Below are positions 49,463 through 59,420 of a stretch of DNA of 64,000 bases, in pieces; the stretch's first letter is position 1, and each line of letters starts with the position of its first letter. Origin of the DNA: an uncultured bacterium (GTDB taxonomy: Bacteria; Verrucomicrobiota; Verrucomicrobiia; Limisphaerales; UBA8199); assembly GCA_963749495.1 (NCBI GenBank), contig CAVVMW010000021.1, positions 864,001 through 928,000 on the forward strand, given 5' to 3'. Position numbers and translations under genes: made by a program. The notes beneath the pieces were generated by a model. That model made no database searches and was not told the origin of the DNA. It saw only the letters and a list, made by a program, of their open reading frames with translations.

Positions 49463-52400
49463 ATGCCTGTTTGGGGCGCGGGCCTTAAGCGGATCCTGCT
49501 CGGGCCGGCGGCGGCCTTGGCCCTTGGGCTCGGGGTGCTGGCTGGCCCCAGCCAGGCCGCCGAGGGCTTCCTGCAGATCCGCAACGGCTATTTCTGGGAC
49601 CCTGTCGCCGGTGATTATTTCATCCCGCGCGGCGTGGCCTACCAGATCTGGAATCCACCGGTGGGGGCCAATCAATCCTTCGAGCAGGTGGATTACGACC
49701 TGCTGGAGATCCAAAAGCTGCACGCCAACTCGGTGCGGGCGGAGTTGACGTGGGGGCAGGTGCAGATTGGGCCGGACCAGTACGATTGGAGCAAGGCGGA
49801 CCACCTGATTCAGCAGGCTGAACGGCTTGGCCTCAAGCTGTTCATTATTATCGGATATCAGTATCCGCCTGCCTGGTTTCCAACAAATTGGCTCGCGATC
49901 AACAACCAGGGCCTCCGAGCGGATGTGGTGCGGAGCCTTTCCAACAGCACGCCGGCCAATGCCCTGAATTGCCTGCCCGCGGCGACCGCGCTCGCGCTCC
50001 AGTTAACCAACTCCAGCTCACCGACGGTGCTGACGCAGGTGATGAACTGCCTGGTGGCGGGCGCCAAGGCGGGGGGCGTTTCGAATATCATCCAGAGCCT
50101 GCAGGCCACGCTCACCCTGGACCAACTCAACGCCAACCTGCCGTTCCTGATTTCGGACGTGATCAATTATGAGGACCCCCGCGCGCAAGCCGTCTATACG
50201 CAGGTACATCGCGGCGGTCACGGGGCGTTATCAGGGCAGCCCGGCGGTTGGCGGCTGGATTTTGGGCAACGAATACGCCTATTTTGACCTGTGGGAAGAT
50301 CCGAACCTGTACCCGGCGCGTCGGTTTCTCGGTTATGATCCGCTCTCCCAACAGAGCTTTCACAATTACCTGCAGTCGCACTACCAAACCAATATTGCGG
50401 CGCTCAATGCCAACTGGCAGGCCAGTTACCCCGATTTTGCCTCGGTCGTCATGCCGCTGGAATACCCGCCCAATCGGCTGTTTCCCGGCTACCAGGACCT
50501 GCTGCAATGGCGCAAACAGAGCATCGGTAACTTTGTCGCCCTGGGCGCTGCGGCGGCGCGGCAGGCCGACCCAAACCACCTGCGCACCTATTCAATGGTG
50601 GGCGGGATTTTCAGCGGCCGCGACGCGAATTTCACGTGCGAAGATGCCAAGGCGATCGTGACCGCCTGTGCGGCGGCAGGGGCGCCGCTCGACTTCTGGT
50701 CGCTCAACAACTACGCCTGGGCTGAAATGGGCAGCGAGCTCCGCTCCGCCGCCTTTGGCATCGGCAAGTACCAGGCTCAATCCGGCCTGCCCGTCATGAT
50801 TTCGGAGACCGGCTTCAGCAGTACCCGAGGACCTCTTCGATAAAGACCCCATTACCGGCTATCTCTGGGCCGGAGCCCGCCAACCCAAAGCCCTGCCCAG
50901 CACTCTGTGGGAATCCCTGCTCGCCGGGGCCATCGGCTTCCACTTCTTCACCTGGAACGACCGGGGCTTTTTCACCCAGGCCTTTTTTCCCCGCGAGCGT
51001 GGCTTCGGCATCGTTCAGATCGACCGCCTGCCCAAACAGCCCGTTTATGACAACATCAAAGCCATGTTCCTGCAGATGGAAAACCTGCGCCTGGAACATT
51101 TGCTCGGCGGCTCGAGCAACCCGCCGCCCGATGTCCAGTTGTTCTGGAGCACCAACGCGGACATGGTGTGGCCCCGGGCCAACCAGGAGAACGCCATGAT
51201 CTGGGGCGCCTTGAAGCGGCTGGGTTATCAGCCGGGCATCATTGACGATGCCGCCTTCGAGAGCGGGGCGGCCACCAATGCGCCGGTCCTGCTGCTCTCG
51301 CGCTGTGTCCAGATGGACCCGCGTGACCTCGAGCGTGTGGCGACCAATGTCCTGCCGGCGGGCATCTCCATTCACGCCGAGGCGGAGCTGCCAGGGCAAT
51401 ACGATGCGTATTGCCGGAGCAACAACAACTGGGTGAGCCTGATGCGGACGCTCTTGGGCGTGGATGTCAGCGCGGCCGGCCCTGGCTTTGACCTCATCGT
51501 CACCAACGACTGCTACACCCCGCTCCGCCTCCTCGGGGCAGCCAATCTCGGCCCCATCACGACCAGTTTTTCCACCGCCCAGGCGACTTGGAAGTTCTGG
51601 CAGCGGGTGATGCCGGTCTCGGCTCAAGTGCTGCTGACGGGCTCCGGCGTTGCCGGCGCCACTGGCGGCTGTTTTCCCTACCCGGATGCCACCTTATACC
51701 CGGCGCTGCTGGTCAATGCCGCCGGGGCCGGGCGGGGGCGAACCGCAGTCAACCCGTTCGCCTTGGGCGACACTTTCGCGACGAGCGGGACGGAGGCGAG
51801 GCAATGGGACACGCGCTACGCTATCCTGGGTGCCATCTATCGCGACCACTTCGGCTCCAGCCCGCCGTGTCGCTCAGCAGCGCCGGTCCCCCCGAGTACG
51901 TGCTCCCCTCTTACCGGCTCTGCGCCAATGGCAGCGTGCTCATTGGGCTGCTCAATGAAGACACCAATGCCGCCAGCATCACGATATCAGCGCCCTCGCT
52001 CCTTGCCGGGCGGAAGGTGGAAGCCCTGTCGGCGGGGGGCGTCTTAACTCGGAATTCCACTGGGACATTGAACTACACCGTCGCGGGGGATGATTGCATC
52101 CTGTTGTATGCCTACGCTGCCACCGGGACACTGGATAGTTCGTTGATCAACCCGAATCCCAACAAGCTCTGGTTTGCGGACGCTCCGCTGGCCTTTTGGC
52201 CCAACGGCTCCAACTGCCTTGTCAACCTCGGTTACGATGCCCAGGACCCCAATCTGGCGGTCATGGTAACGCTGGAGCAGACCTCGCCGAGGGGGAAGAT
52301 CTACGGCCAGTCCATTGCCACCAACATCACCGGGCAGGGCGCCCTTGCGGTGCCGGTGCCCGTGCCCGACCCGGATGCCAACGACCCGAATTACATCTCC

Positions 52401-53671
52401 TCGCGCGAGGGTGGAGAATACGTTTTTCGGGCCTGGCTCTTGCAGGCAGGTCTGCCGGTCTTCCAGAGCACGCTGCCGGCGCGGCTCCTCTTCGGGACGC
52501 ATCCGACCCAGCCCTTGCCGGGCGTGGTGGCGCCAGGCAAAACTTACTCCGTCACCTTGGCTTGGGAAGAATTGCCTTCATACCTTTCCGGCAACGCAAC
52601 GCCGCTGGATCGCGCGGCCTTGTGGGATTCCCTGGGCTGGGGCCAGGAGCATTACCGGATTGTCCTCGAGCTCAAATCGGGCAGCCAGAGCGTGGTGTCC
52701 AATAGCTTCTTGACCAGTTCAGGCACGGGCAGCAACACCTTCTCGGTCACCGTGCCCCCCGGCGCGGCCGGGCCATTCACCTGGCAGGCCTACTCGGAAA
52801 CCGCTGCCAACGTGCTGTCGGATGACGTCTTTGAAAGCTTCGAGGGTTATGCGACTGGCGCAAACTGGCAAGGGCCCGGCCTGCCGTATATAACCAACAA
52901 CCTCACTTGGCCCTGGAACAGCTATGTCTATTCCTTTCCGGCGGCCACTTTTGACACCTCGCCGACCAACCTGTTTTTGAACGCGGGTGTGCAGCTCATC
53001 GGCTCGGACGGCTCCCAATCCGCGTTTATGGTCGTCACCAACCCATCATGGACGGCGTTCAGCGGCTTTGGGCTGGGTTACCAATTCACCAACGGCGATT
53101 GGGCGCTGCCGGCCGACCGCAGCCTATGGACCAACTACGTGTTCTCTTATGATTTCCAGGAGGCCAATAGTAACCTCTGTTCGGTCGAAATGCAGGTCAA
53201 GAGCCCAGACACCTATGTGGGGACCAACCAGATCCAAAACTTCATCCAATATACGAGCCTGTACGCCCCCGGCGCCAACGGGTGGTTCACCCTCAGCGCA
53301 TCTCTCGATCAGTTTACAAACGCCTCCGGCACTTTCGATCCGAGCCATGTTGATACCTTGGCCCTGAATGTGGCGATGCTGGCCACGAATGTTCTGTATG
53401 TCGGTTCGTTCGACAATATCCGATTTGCGGGCCCGGAGGTTGATCTGGGGGCGGCCTCGTGACGACCGTGTACACCAGCGCGAACCAAACCGCCGGCTGG
53501 CTGAGCATCCAGCCCGCCGGTCCCGGCGCGGTATCGGTTTCCTGGCACGGCAACGGCGTCCTGCAATCGGCCCCGGCGATGACCGGGCCCTGGGCTGACG
53601 TGACCAATGCCGCCACGCCGTTGTTGGTCAAGCCCTTGGTGTCCATGCGCTTTTACCGCCTCCGCCAGTGA
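49463..53671 (+). CDS. Secreted clan GH-A hydrolase (GH42/GH5-like) with C-terminal CBM-like and PVC-type terminal domains (four frameshifts)
   Basis: Signal peptide; NSVRAELTW...YDWSKAD; WILGNEY (acid/base); YQTNIAALNANW; MISETG (nucleophile). Indels near 50201, 50826, 51856 and 53450; ends GPW...FYRLRQ. Confidence 0.78.
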
Positions 53672-53701
53672 ACTCCGGCGCGCGAGGCCTCCCTCCAAAC
53701 C

Positions 53702-55111
53702 ATGCAAACCAATGCTGCCAACCAGAGCCATGCGGCCAAGATGCGGGCCGCAGGCATCGCCGAGCCTACGATCGCCGCCTTCCTTGGCGCCTTGGAAAAA
53801 GTCAGGACTGGGGACCGCGGAATCCTGCCGGAGGCCGCTATAGCGCCGATCGCCTCGTTTCCCAAGCTGGAGGAGTTGGACCAGGGGGCGGTGGCGGACA
53901 ACGCGATGCTGCGCCAGTTGGTGGTCTTCAAGCTCAACGGCGGCCTGGGCACCAGCATGGGGCTGGACCGGACCAAGTCCCTCATCCCGGTGCGCGGAGA
54001 CGACACCTTCCTGGACTTTACGGTCCGCCAGATGCTTGGCCTGCGCAACCGCACCGGCTCGCGCTACCCCGCCTTCTACTTGATGAACAGCTTGACCACG
54101 CGCCGGGAGACACTGGAATTCCTGGGCCGCTACCCTGATTTAGCGGGCGGCAACGAGGTTGATTTTCTGCAAAGCATGGTTCCCAAGGTGGATCCCCAAA
54201 CTTTCGCGCCGGTGGCCTGGCCTGGCCAGCCGGATTTGGAATGGTGCCCCCCGGGGCATGGGGATTTCTACCCCTCCATCCTGGGCTGCGGCCTTCTGGA
54301 CCGCCTGCTGGACTCCGGCACCCGTTGCGCGTTCGTCTCCAACTCGGACAACCTTGGGGCCAACGTTGACCTGAGGTTGCTGCGCTACTTCGTGGAACGC
54401 GATTTCCCCTTTTTGATGGAGGTCGCGCAGCGCACGGCCGCCGATAGGAAGGGCGGACACCTGGCCCGCAGGCGGGCGACCGGCCGCTTGCTCTTGCGGG
54501 AATCGGCCCAGAGCCTCAAGGAGGAAGAGGCCCAATTCCAGGACATCCGGCGCCATTGCTTCTTCAACACCAACAACCTCTGGATACGCCTGGACCACCT
54601 CAAGGCCGAACTGAAGCGCAAAGGCGGGGTGCTGCCCTTGCCGCTCATCACCAACGTCAAGAACCTCGACCCGCGCGACCCCGCCACCCCCAAGGTCTTG
54701 CAGTTGGAATCCGCCATGGGCGCCGCTATCGAGTGTTTCGACGGCGCCAACGCCATTGTGGTTCCCCGCTCACGCTTCGCTCCGGTCAAAGCCACGGCCG
54801 ACCTGGCGGCATTGCGCTCGGATGCCTACCAGGTCACAACCGACGACCGGCTCGAGTTGGTCCCCTCAAGGCAAGGCCGGCCGCCCCTGGTGGAGCTGGA
54901 CCCGAAGTATTACAACGTGATGGCCTCCTTCGAGCGGTTCTTCCGCGCCGGCGTCCCGTCCCTGGCGGCCTGCGAATCCTTCAAAGTCATCGGCCCCGTC
55001 GAGTTCAGCCCGCGCGTGATTTGCCAGGGAACCGTGGAATTCCACAACGCCTCGCCGGAGACCAAACGCGTGGCGCCGGGCCTTTACCATGACCAACAGG
55101 TGCAACTCTAA
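53702..55111 (+). CDS. ugpA: UTP--glucose-1-phosphate uridylyltransferase, eukaryote-like UDPGP family
   Basis: KLNGGLGTSMG, WCPPGHGD, VSNSDNLGA, FNTNNLW, QLESAMGAAI and RFAPVK. Confidence 0.93.
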   Translation: MQTNAANQSHAAKMRAAGIAEPTIAAFLGALEKVRTGDRGILPEAAIAPIASFPKLEELDQGAVADNAMLRQLVVFKLNGGLGTSMGLDRTKSLIPVRGDDTFLDFTVRQMLGLRNRTGSRYPAFYLMNSLTTRRETLEFLGRYPDLAGGNEVDFLQSMVPKVDPQTFAPVAWPGQPDLEWCPPGHGDFYPSILGCGLLDRLLDSGTRCAFVSNSDNLGANVDLRLLRYFVERDFPFLMEVAQRTAADRKGGHLARRRATGRLLLRESAQSLKEEEAQFQDIRRHCFFNTNNLWIRLDHLKAELKRKGGVLPLPLITNVKNLDPRDPATPKVLQLESAMGAAIECFDGANAIVVPRSRFAPVKATADLAALRSDAYQVTTDDRLELVPSRQGRPPLVELDPKYYNVMASFERFFRAGVPSLAACESFKVIGPVEFSPRVICQGTVEFHNASPETKRVAPGLYHDQQVQL

Positions 55112-55136
55112 AAGTCAGATCACCAAGGATTTGCCC

Positions 55137-55922
55137 ATGCAAAAAACGGAAACCGCATCGCTCTACCGGGTGTGGGGCGCAGACAAAGTCGTGTACGGCC
55201 CGCTGGAGTTGCCTGCCCTGGTTCAATGGATTGAGGGGCGGCGCCTCACAGCGGAGAGCTGGGTGCTGACCGAGGCGATTAACCAGTGGCAACGGGCGGC
55301 CGACCTGCCCGAGTTAAAGCCCCACTTCGCCCTGAAAGCCGCCGCCGCAGCGCCCGGCGGAACGCCGCCTTCAGGCGGCAGCACCCTCAAGCCCCACTTC
55401 GCTCTGAAAGCCGCGGCCCCAGCCCCTGCCGATTCCGGACCCGGCGCCGGTCTTAGCCCCGCGACTTTGCGCCGGACAAAGCTCTTTGCCGGCCTGGAGG
55501 ACCCGCAGCTTGCCTCCCTGGCCCATTACCTGGAAGTCATCCGCTTCCCCCAGTTCAGTCACATCGTCCGCCAGGGCCAGCACGGCGATGCCATGTACGT
55601 GGTGACCGAGGGCGAGGTGCGCGTCTTGAGCATCGTCGAAGGCAAAGAAACGATCCTAGCCACGCTCACCGCCGGCGACTGTTTCGGCGAAATCTCCTTG
55701 CTCGACCAGGGCCCCCGCTCCGCCGACGTCATCGCCAACAAGGACAGCGTGCTGCTCCGGATTTCCAATGGCGCGTTCGACCGCCTCGTCCGCGAAGCCC
55801 CGGCCTTGGCCGTGCCCTTTCTCCTGGCCTTGAGCCGCGCGGTGGTCCAGCGCGTCCGGCGGACCAACCTCAAGTACGAAGACTCCATCCGTTTCATCCG
55901 CGCCTCCACAACCCAATCGTGA
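55137..55922 (+). CDS. GYF_2-like domain plus cyclic nucleotide-binding domain protein
   Basis: YGPLELPALVQWIEGRRLT...W; cNMP motifs GDAMYVVTEGEV and GDCFGEISLLDQGPRSADV; no C-terminal HTH. Confidence 0.85.
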   Translation: MQKTETASLYRVWGADKVVYGPLELPALVQWIEGRRLTAESWVLTEAINQWQRAADLPELKPHFALKAAAAAPGGTPPSGGSTLKPHFALKAAAPAPADSGPGAGLSPATLRRTKLFAGLEDPQLASLAHYLEVIRFPQFSHIVRQGQHGDAMYVVTEGEVRVLSIVEGKETILATLTAGDCFGEISLLDQGPRSADVIANKDSVLLRISNGAFDRLVREAPALAVPFLLALSRAVVQRVRRTNLKYEDSIRFIRASTTQS

Positions 55923-55927
55923 TCCTG

Positions 55928-58900
55928 TCACGGCTCCTTGATCTCCGTTTTCTCCTTCGCCCCCGGATCCAGCGTCACCTGAATCCCCTTGACCGGGTTG
56001 CCCTCGGCATCGGTGAGCCGAATGGACCCCTTCCAGTCGCCGGTTTCATTCACGACTTTGAACACCAGCACGTTCAGCCCCGCGTTCAGGGCGATGTCTG
56101 GCACCTTATCCTGCTCGGCAGCGAAGGGACGCATGACGGGAGATTTATAGACCTGCTTCCCATTCAGATATACTTTCGCCTCATCGTCGCTGCCCACCAG
56201 CATCAGCAGCCCGCGCTGCTCGGCTTCCGACCGGATGTAGCAGACCGCGTAGGCTACGCTCTGAGTTGTCTCGTGCTCCAAGAGCGCGTTGAAGTCGATG
56301 ACCTCGTTCGTCAGGGCTACCTCCCGCCACTTCAACTCACCACCCCCAATGGACCTCGCCTCTCCCGCCTTGGGCCTGAGGCGGGCTTCGTCCTCAATCT
56401 GCTCGATGTCTAATCCCTCGGTGCCGCTCTGATTGGTGGCCAGGGCAATCGGCGCAAGGATCAGCCATTGCTTGATCGAATCACGGTCGCGAGCAATCCT
56501 TTGGCGCTCCTGTTCCGCCGTCCGCTCGCCTTGCAGGGCGGCAAGATACTGAGCTGCCGCCCGTTCTTCTTCCTGCCAGGCAGCGACCTGCTGGGCTGTG
56601 GCCGCCTCCCACACCTTGGCGGTCGCATCCCCACTGGCAGTGGCAATCCGCTGGCCGTCCGGGGAAAAGGCCACAGAAAGAACATCATAGCTGTGCCCCT
56701 TGAGCGTGAGTAGTTCCCGCCCGCTGGCCGCATCCCAGACCTTGGCCGTCGCATCCCAACTGCCGGTCACAATCCGCTGGCCGTCCGGGGAAAAGGTTAC
56801 AGATGCAATTGGACCGTTGTTGAGCGTGAGCAGTTCCTTGCTGCTGGCCGCATCCCACACCTTGGCCGTCAGATCCCAACTGCCAGTGACAATCCGCCGC
56901 CCGTCCAGCGGGGAAAAGGCCACGGAAGAAACCACATTGCTGTGCCCCCTGAGAGTGAGGATCTCCCGGCCATTGGCCGCGTCCCACACCTTGGCCGTCT
57001 GATCATAACCGCCACTGACAATCCGCTGCCCGTCCAGGGAAAAGGCCACAGACCTAATCCCATCGCTGTGGCCCTTGAGCGTGAGCAGGTTCCCGCCCAT
57101 TTTGTCGGCAGACAGGCCACCGGCCACGTCCCACACCTTGGCCGTATGGTCATCACTGCCAGTAACGATCCGCTGGCCGTCCGGGGAAAAGCCGACAGAA
57201 GAAATCATGCCGCCGTGCCCCTTGAACGTGAGCAGTTCCTTGCCGCTGACCGCCTCCCACACCTTGGCCGTATGGTCATCACTGCCAGTAACCATCCGCT
57301 GGCCGTCCGGGGAAAAGCCGACAGAATCAAAGGCCATGGTGTGCCCATTGAGAGTGACCAGTTCCTTGCCGCTGGCCGCATCCCACACCTTGGCCGTCTT
57401 GTCCTCACTGCCAGTAACGATCCGCTGGCCGTCCGGGGAAAAGCCGACAGAATTAATGACCATGGTGTGCCCATTGAGAGTGACCAATTCCTTGCCGCTG
57501 GCCGCCTCCCACACCTTGGCCGTATGATCGTCACTTGGCCAATCCCCGCTGCCAGTAGCGATCCGCTGACCGTCAGGGGAGAAGGCGACAGAATTGATGG
57601 CGGCGTGGTGCCCCTTGAGCGTGAGCAATTCCCGGCCACTGGCTGCCTCCCACACCTTGGCCGTCTGATCCAGACTACCAGTTAGAATCCGTTGGCCGTT
57701 CGGGGAGAAGGCCACAGACCTCACCCCGTCCAGATGGCCTCGGAGCGTCTTCAAGGCCAAGTGAGTTTTCGCTTGCCAATAATACCACTCAAAACCGCGA
57801 TCCGGAGAGTCTTGGGTGTCTTCGAGCAACTGGCGGAGGCGACCGATGTTGTTCTGGTCCCAGGCTTGCTGGGCCAGGTTCATGTCAGCCACGTAGAGGA
57901 GGTGGTCCGCCCGCAAGCGAGCCTGCTTCTCGGCTTGCTCCGCCGCTTGGGCTTTGTCGCGCTCCTTTTGGGCGGCGAGCCGTTGTTCCTTTTCGGCATT
58001 CCTGGCCCTGCTGGCCTCAACTGCCTGCCAACTGCTGACGCCGATTCCAATAACCAATGCCGCTACCACAACTGCCGCCGCTGTAAACGCCAGTTTATTG
58101 CGTCGCCACGCCTTCTGGAGCCGGTATGCCGTGCTCGGCGGCCTTGCTACGACCGGTTCGTTGTCGAGATGCCGCTGGATGTCCATCGCCAGACCGTTGG
58201 CCGTGTCGTAACGCCGTGTCCGGTCCTTCTCCAGGCACTTCATCACGATCCAATCCAGATCGCCTCGCAAGAGGCTCATGAGCTTGGGCGCCTCCGCCCC
58301 GCGACATTGGGTGGCCGTCGTCAACTCCTCCTTGCCCATCATGCTCAGCCGCGTCGAGGGCCGCGCCGGTTCCTTTTCCACAATCGTCCGCCGAATCTCA
58401 TCCAACCCCGCTGCCAGCAGTTCCTTCGCGTCAAAGGGCGTCTTGCCCACCAGCAACTCATACAGCAACACCCCCAGACTGTAGATGTCGCTGCGCGTAT
58501 CAATGTCCAATCCGCTCATCTCCGCCTGCTCCGGACTCATATAAGCCGGTGTCCCGATAAATTGCTGCAATTGCGTGTGAAGCGTCTTCTCTGTAAGCCT
58601 CTGCTGAGTCGCCTTGGCTATCCCAAAATCGATGACCTTGGGCACCGGCCTCCCCTCCTGCAGGGTCACCAGGATGTTCGAGGGCTTGATGTCGCGGTGG
58701 ATGATGCCCTTCTGGTGCGCGTGCTGAATGGCCTGGCAAACGGGGATGAACAAATCGAGCCGGTCCCGGGTGCCCAGCTTTTTCTGGTCGCAGTAACTGG
58801 TGATGGGAATGCCTTTGACCAGTTCCATCACAAAGAAAGGCCGCCCGCTCTCGGTCGCGCCCCCGTCGAACACCTTGGCAATGTTGGGATGGTCCATCAG

Positions 58901-59356
58901 CGCCAGCGCCTGGCGCTCGGCCTCGAACCGGGCCACGACCTGCCTTGTGTCCATCCCCAGCTTGATGATCTTCAGGGCCACCTGGCGGCGAACCGGCTCC
59001 TGCTGTTCGGCCACATACACCACCCCGAAGCCCCCCTCCCCGATTTGTTCGAGCAGCTTGTAGCGCCCAATGACCGTCCCCGGCCCCTCAGTCAGGGGTG
59101 TTTCATCCAGCAGCGTTGGCGTGATTTCGGTGGCGCCTTCTTCCGGGGGGTCGCTGCCAGCCTCCCCATTCAGCGCGGGGCCTCTCTCGCCTCCCTCATG
59201 GCCGGTGAGCCAGGCTTCTATCTCCACGCGCAAGGCCGCATCCCTGCCACACGCGCCATCCAGGAACGCGGCCCGCTCCAGGGGTGTTTTCCGCTTCAAC
59301 GCCTGCCGGAGGATGTCCTGCTTCCGCCCGTCGGACGGTGGTTCATGCGCCTGCAT
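55928..59356 (-). CDS. Ser/Thr kinase with TM helix, highly repetitive WD40 array and C-terminal jelly-roll domain (paralog B)
   Basis: Kinase nearly identical to 25106..; about nine VAFSPDGQRIVTGS.D.TAKVW repeats; terminal AYAVCYI...GSDDEAKVYLNG...GLNVLVFKV domain. Confidence 0.93.
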   Translation of the reverse strand: MQAHEPPSDGRKQDILRQALKRKTPLERAAFLDGACGRDAALRVEIEAWLTGHEGGERGPALNGEAGSDPPEEGATEITPTLLDETPLTEGPGTVIGRYKLLEQIGEGGFGVVYVAEQQEPVRRQVALKIIKLGMDTRQVVARFEAERQALALMDHPNIAKVFDGGATESGRPFFVMELVKGIPITSYCDQKKLGTRDRLDLFIPVCQAIQHAHQKGIIHRDIKPSNILVTLQEGRPVPKVIDFGIAKATQQRLTEKTLHTQLQQFIGTPAYMSPEQAEMSGLDIDTRSDIYSLGVLLYELLVGKTPFDAKELLAAGLDEIRRTIVEKEPARPSTRLSMMGKEELTTATQCRGAEAPKLMSLLRGDLDWIVMKCLEKDRTRRYDTANGLAMDIQRHLDNEPVVARPPSTAYRLQKAWRRNKLAFTAAAVVVAALVIGIGVSSWQAVEASRARNAEKEQRLAAQKERDKAQAAEQAEKQARLRADHLLYVADMNLAQQAWDQNNIGRLRQLLEDTQDSPDRGFEWYYWQAKTHLALKTLRGHLDGVRSVAFSPNGQRILTGSLDQTAKVWEAASGRELLTLKGHHAAINSVAFSPDGQRIATGSGDWPSDDHTAKVWEAASGKELVTLNGHTMVINSVGFSPDGQRIVTGSEDKTAKVWDAASGKELVTLNGHTMAFDSVGFSPDGQRMVTGSDDHTAKVWEAVSGKELLTFKGHGGMISSVGFSPDGQRIVTGSDDHTAKVWDVAGGLSADKMGGNLLTLKGHSDGIRSVAFSLDGQRIVSGGYDQTAKVWDAANGREILTLRGHSNVVSSVAFSPLDGRRIVTGSWDLTAKVWDAASSKELLTLNNGPIASVTFSPDGQRIVTGSWDATAKVWDAASGRELLTLKGHSYDVLSVAFSPDGQRIATASGDATAKVWEAATAQQVAAWQEEERAAAQYLAALQGERTAEQERQRIARDRDSIKQWLILAPIALATNQSGTEGLDIEQIEDEARLRPKAGEARSIGGGELKWREVALTNEVIDFNALLEHETTQSVAYAVCYIRSEAEQRGLLMLVGSDDEAKVYLNGKQVYKSPVMRPFAAEQDKVPDIALNAGLNVLVFKVVNETGDWKGSIRLTDAEGNPVKGIQVTLDPGAKEKTEIKEP

Positions 59357-59420
59357 GACAGCTTTGGCCCATAGTGCTCACAAGTTAAACTAACCATCCC
59401 GGCGTGTCCAGCCCATCCTT

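Noticed and set aside
56600..57760. Possible CRISPR array or DGR template/variable repeats
   Set aside because: The repeats are in-frame WD40 coding units; there is no repeat-spacer structure, and no cas or reverse transcriptase gene in the window.
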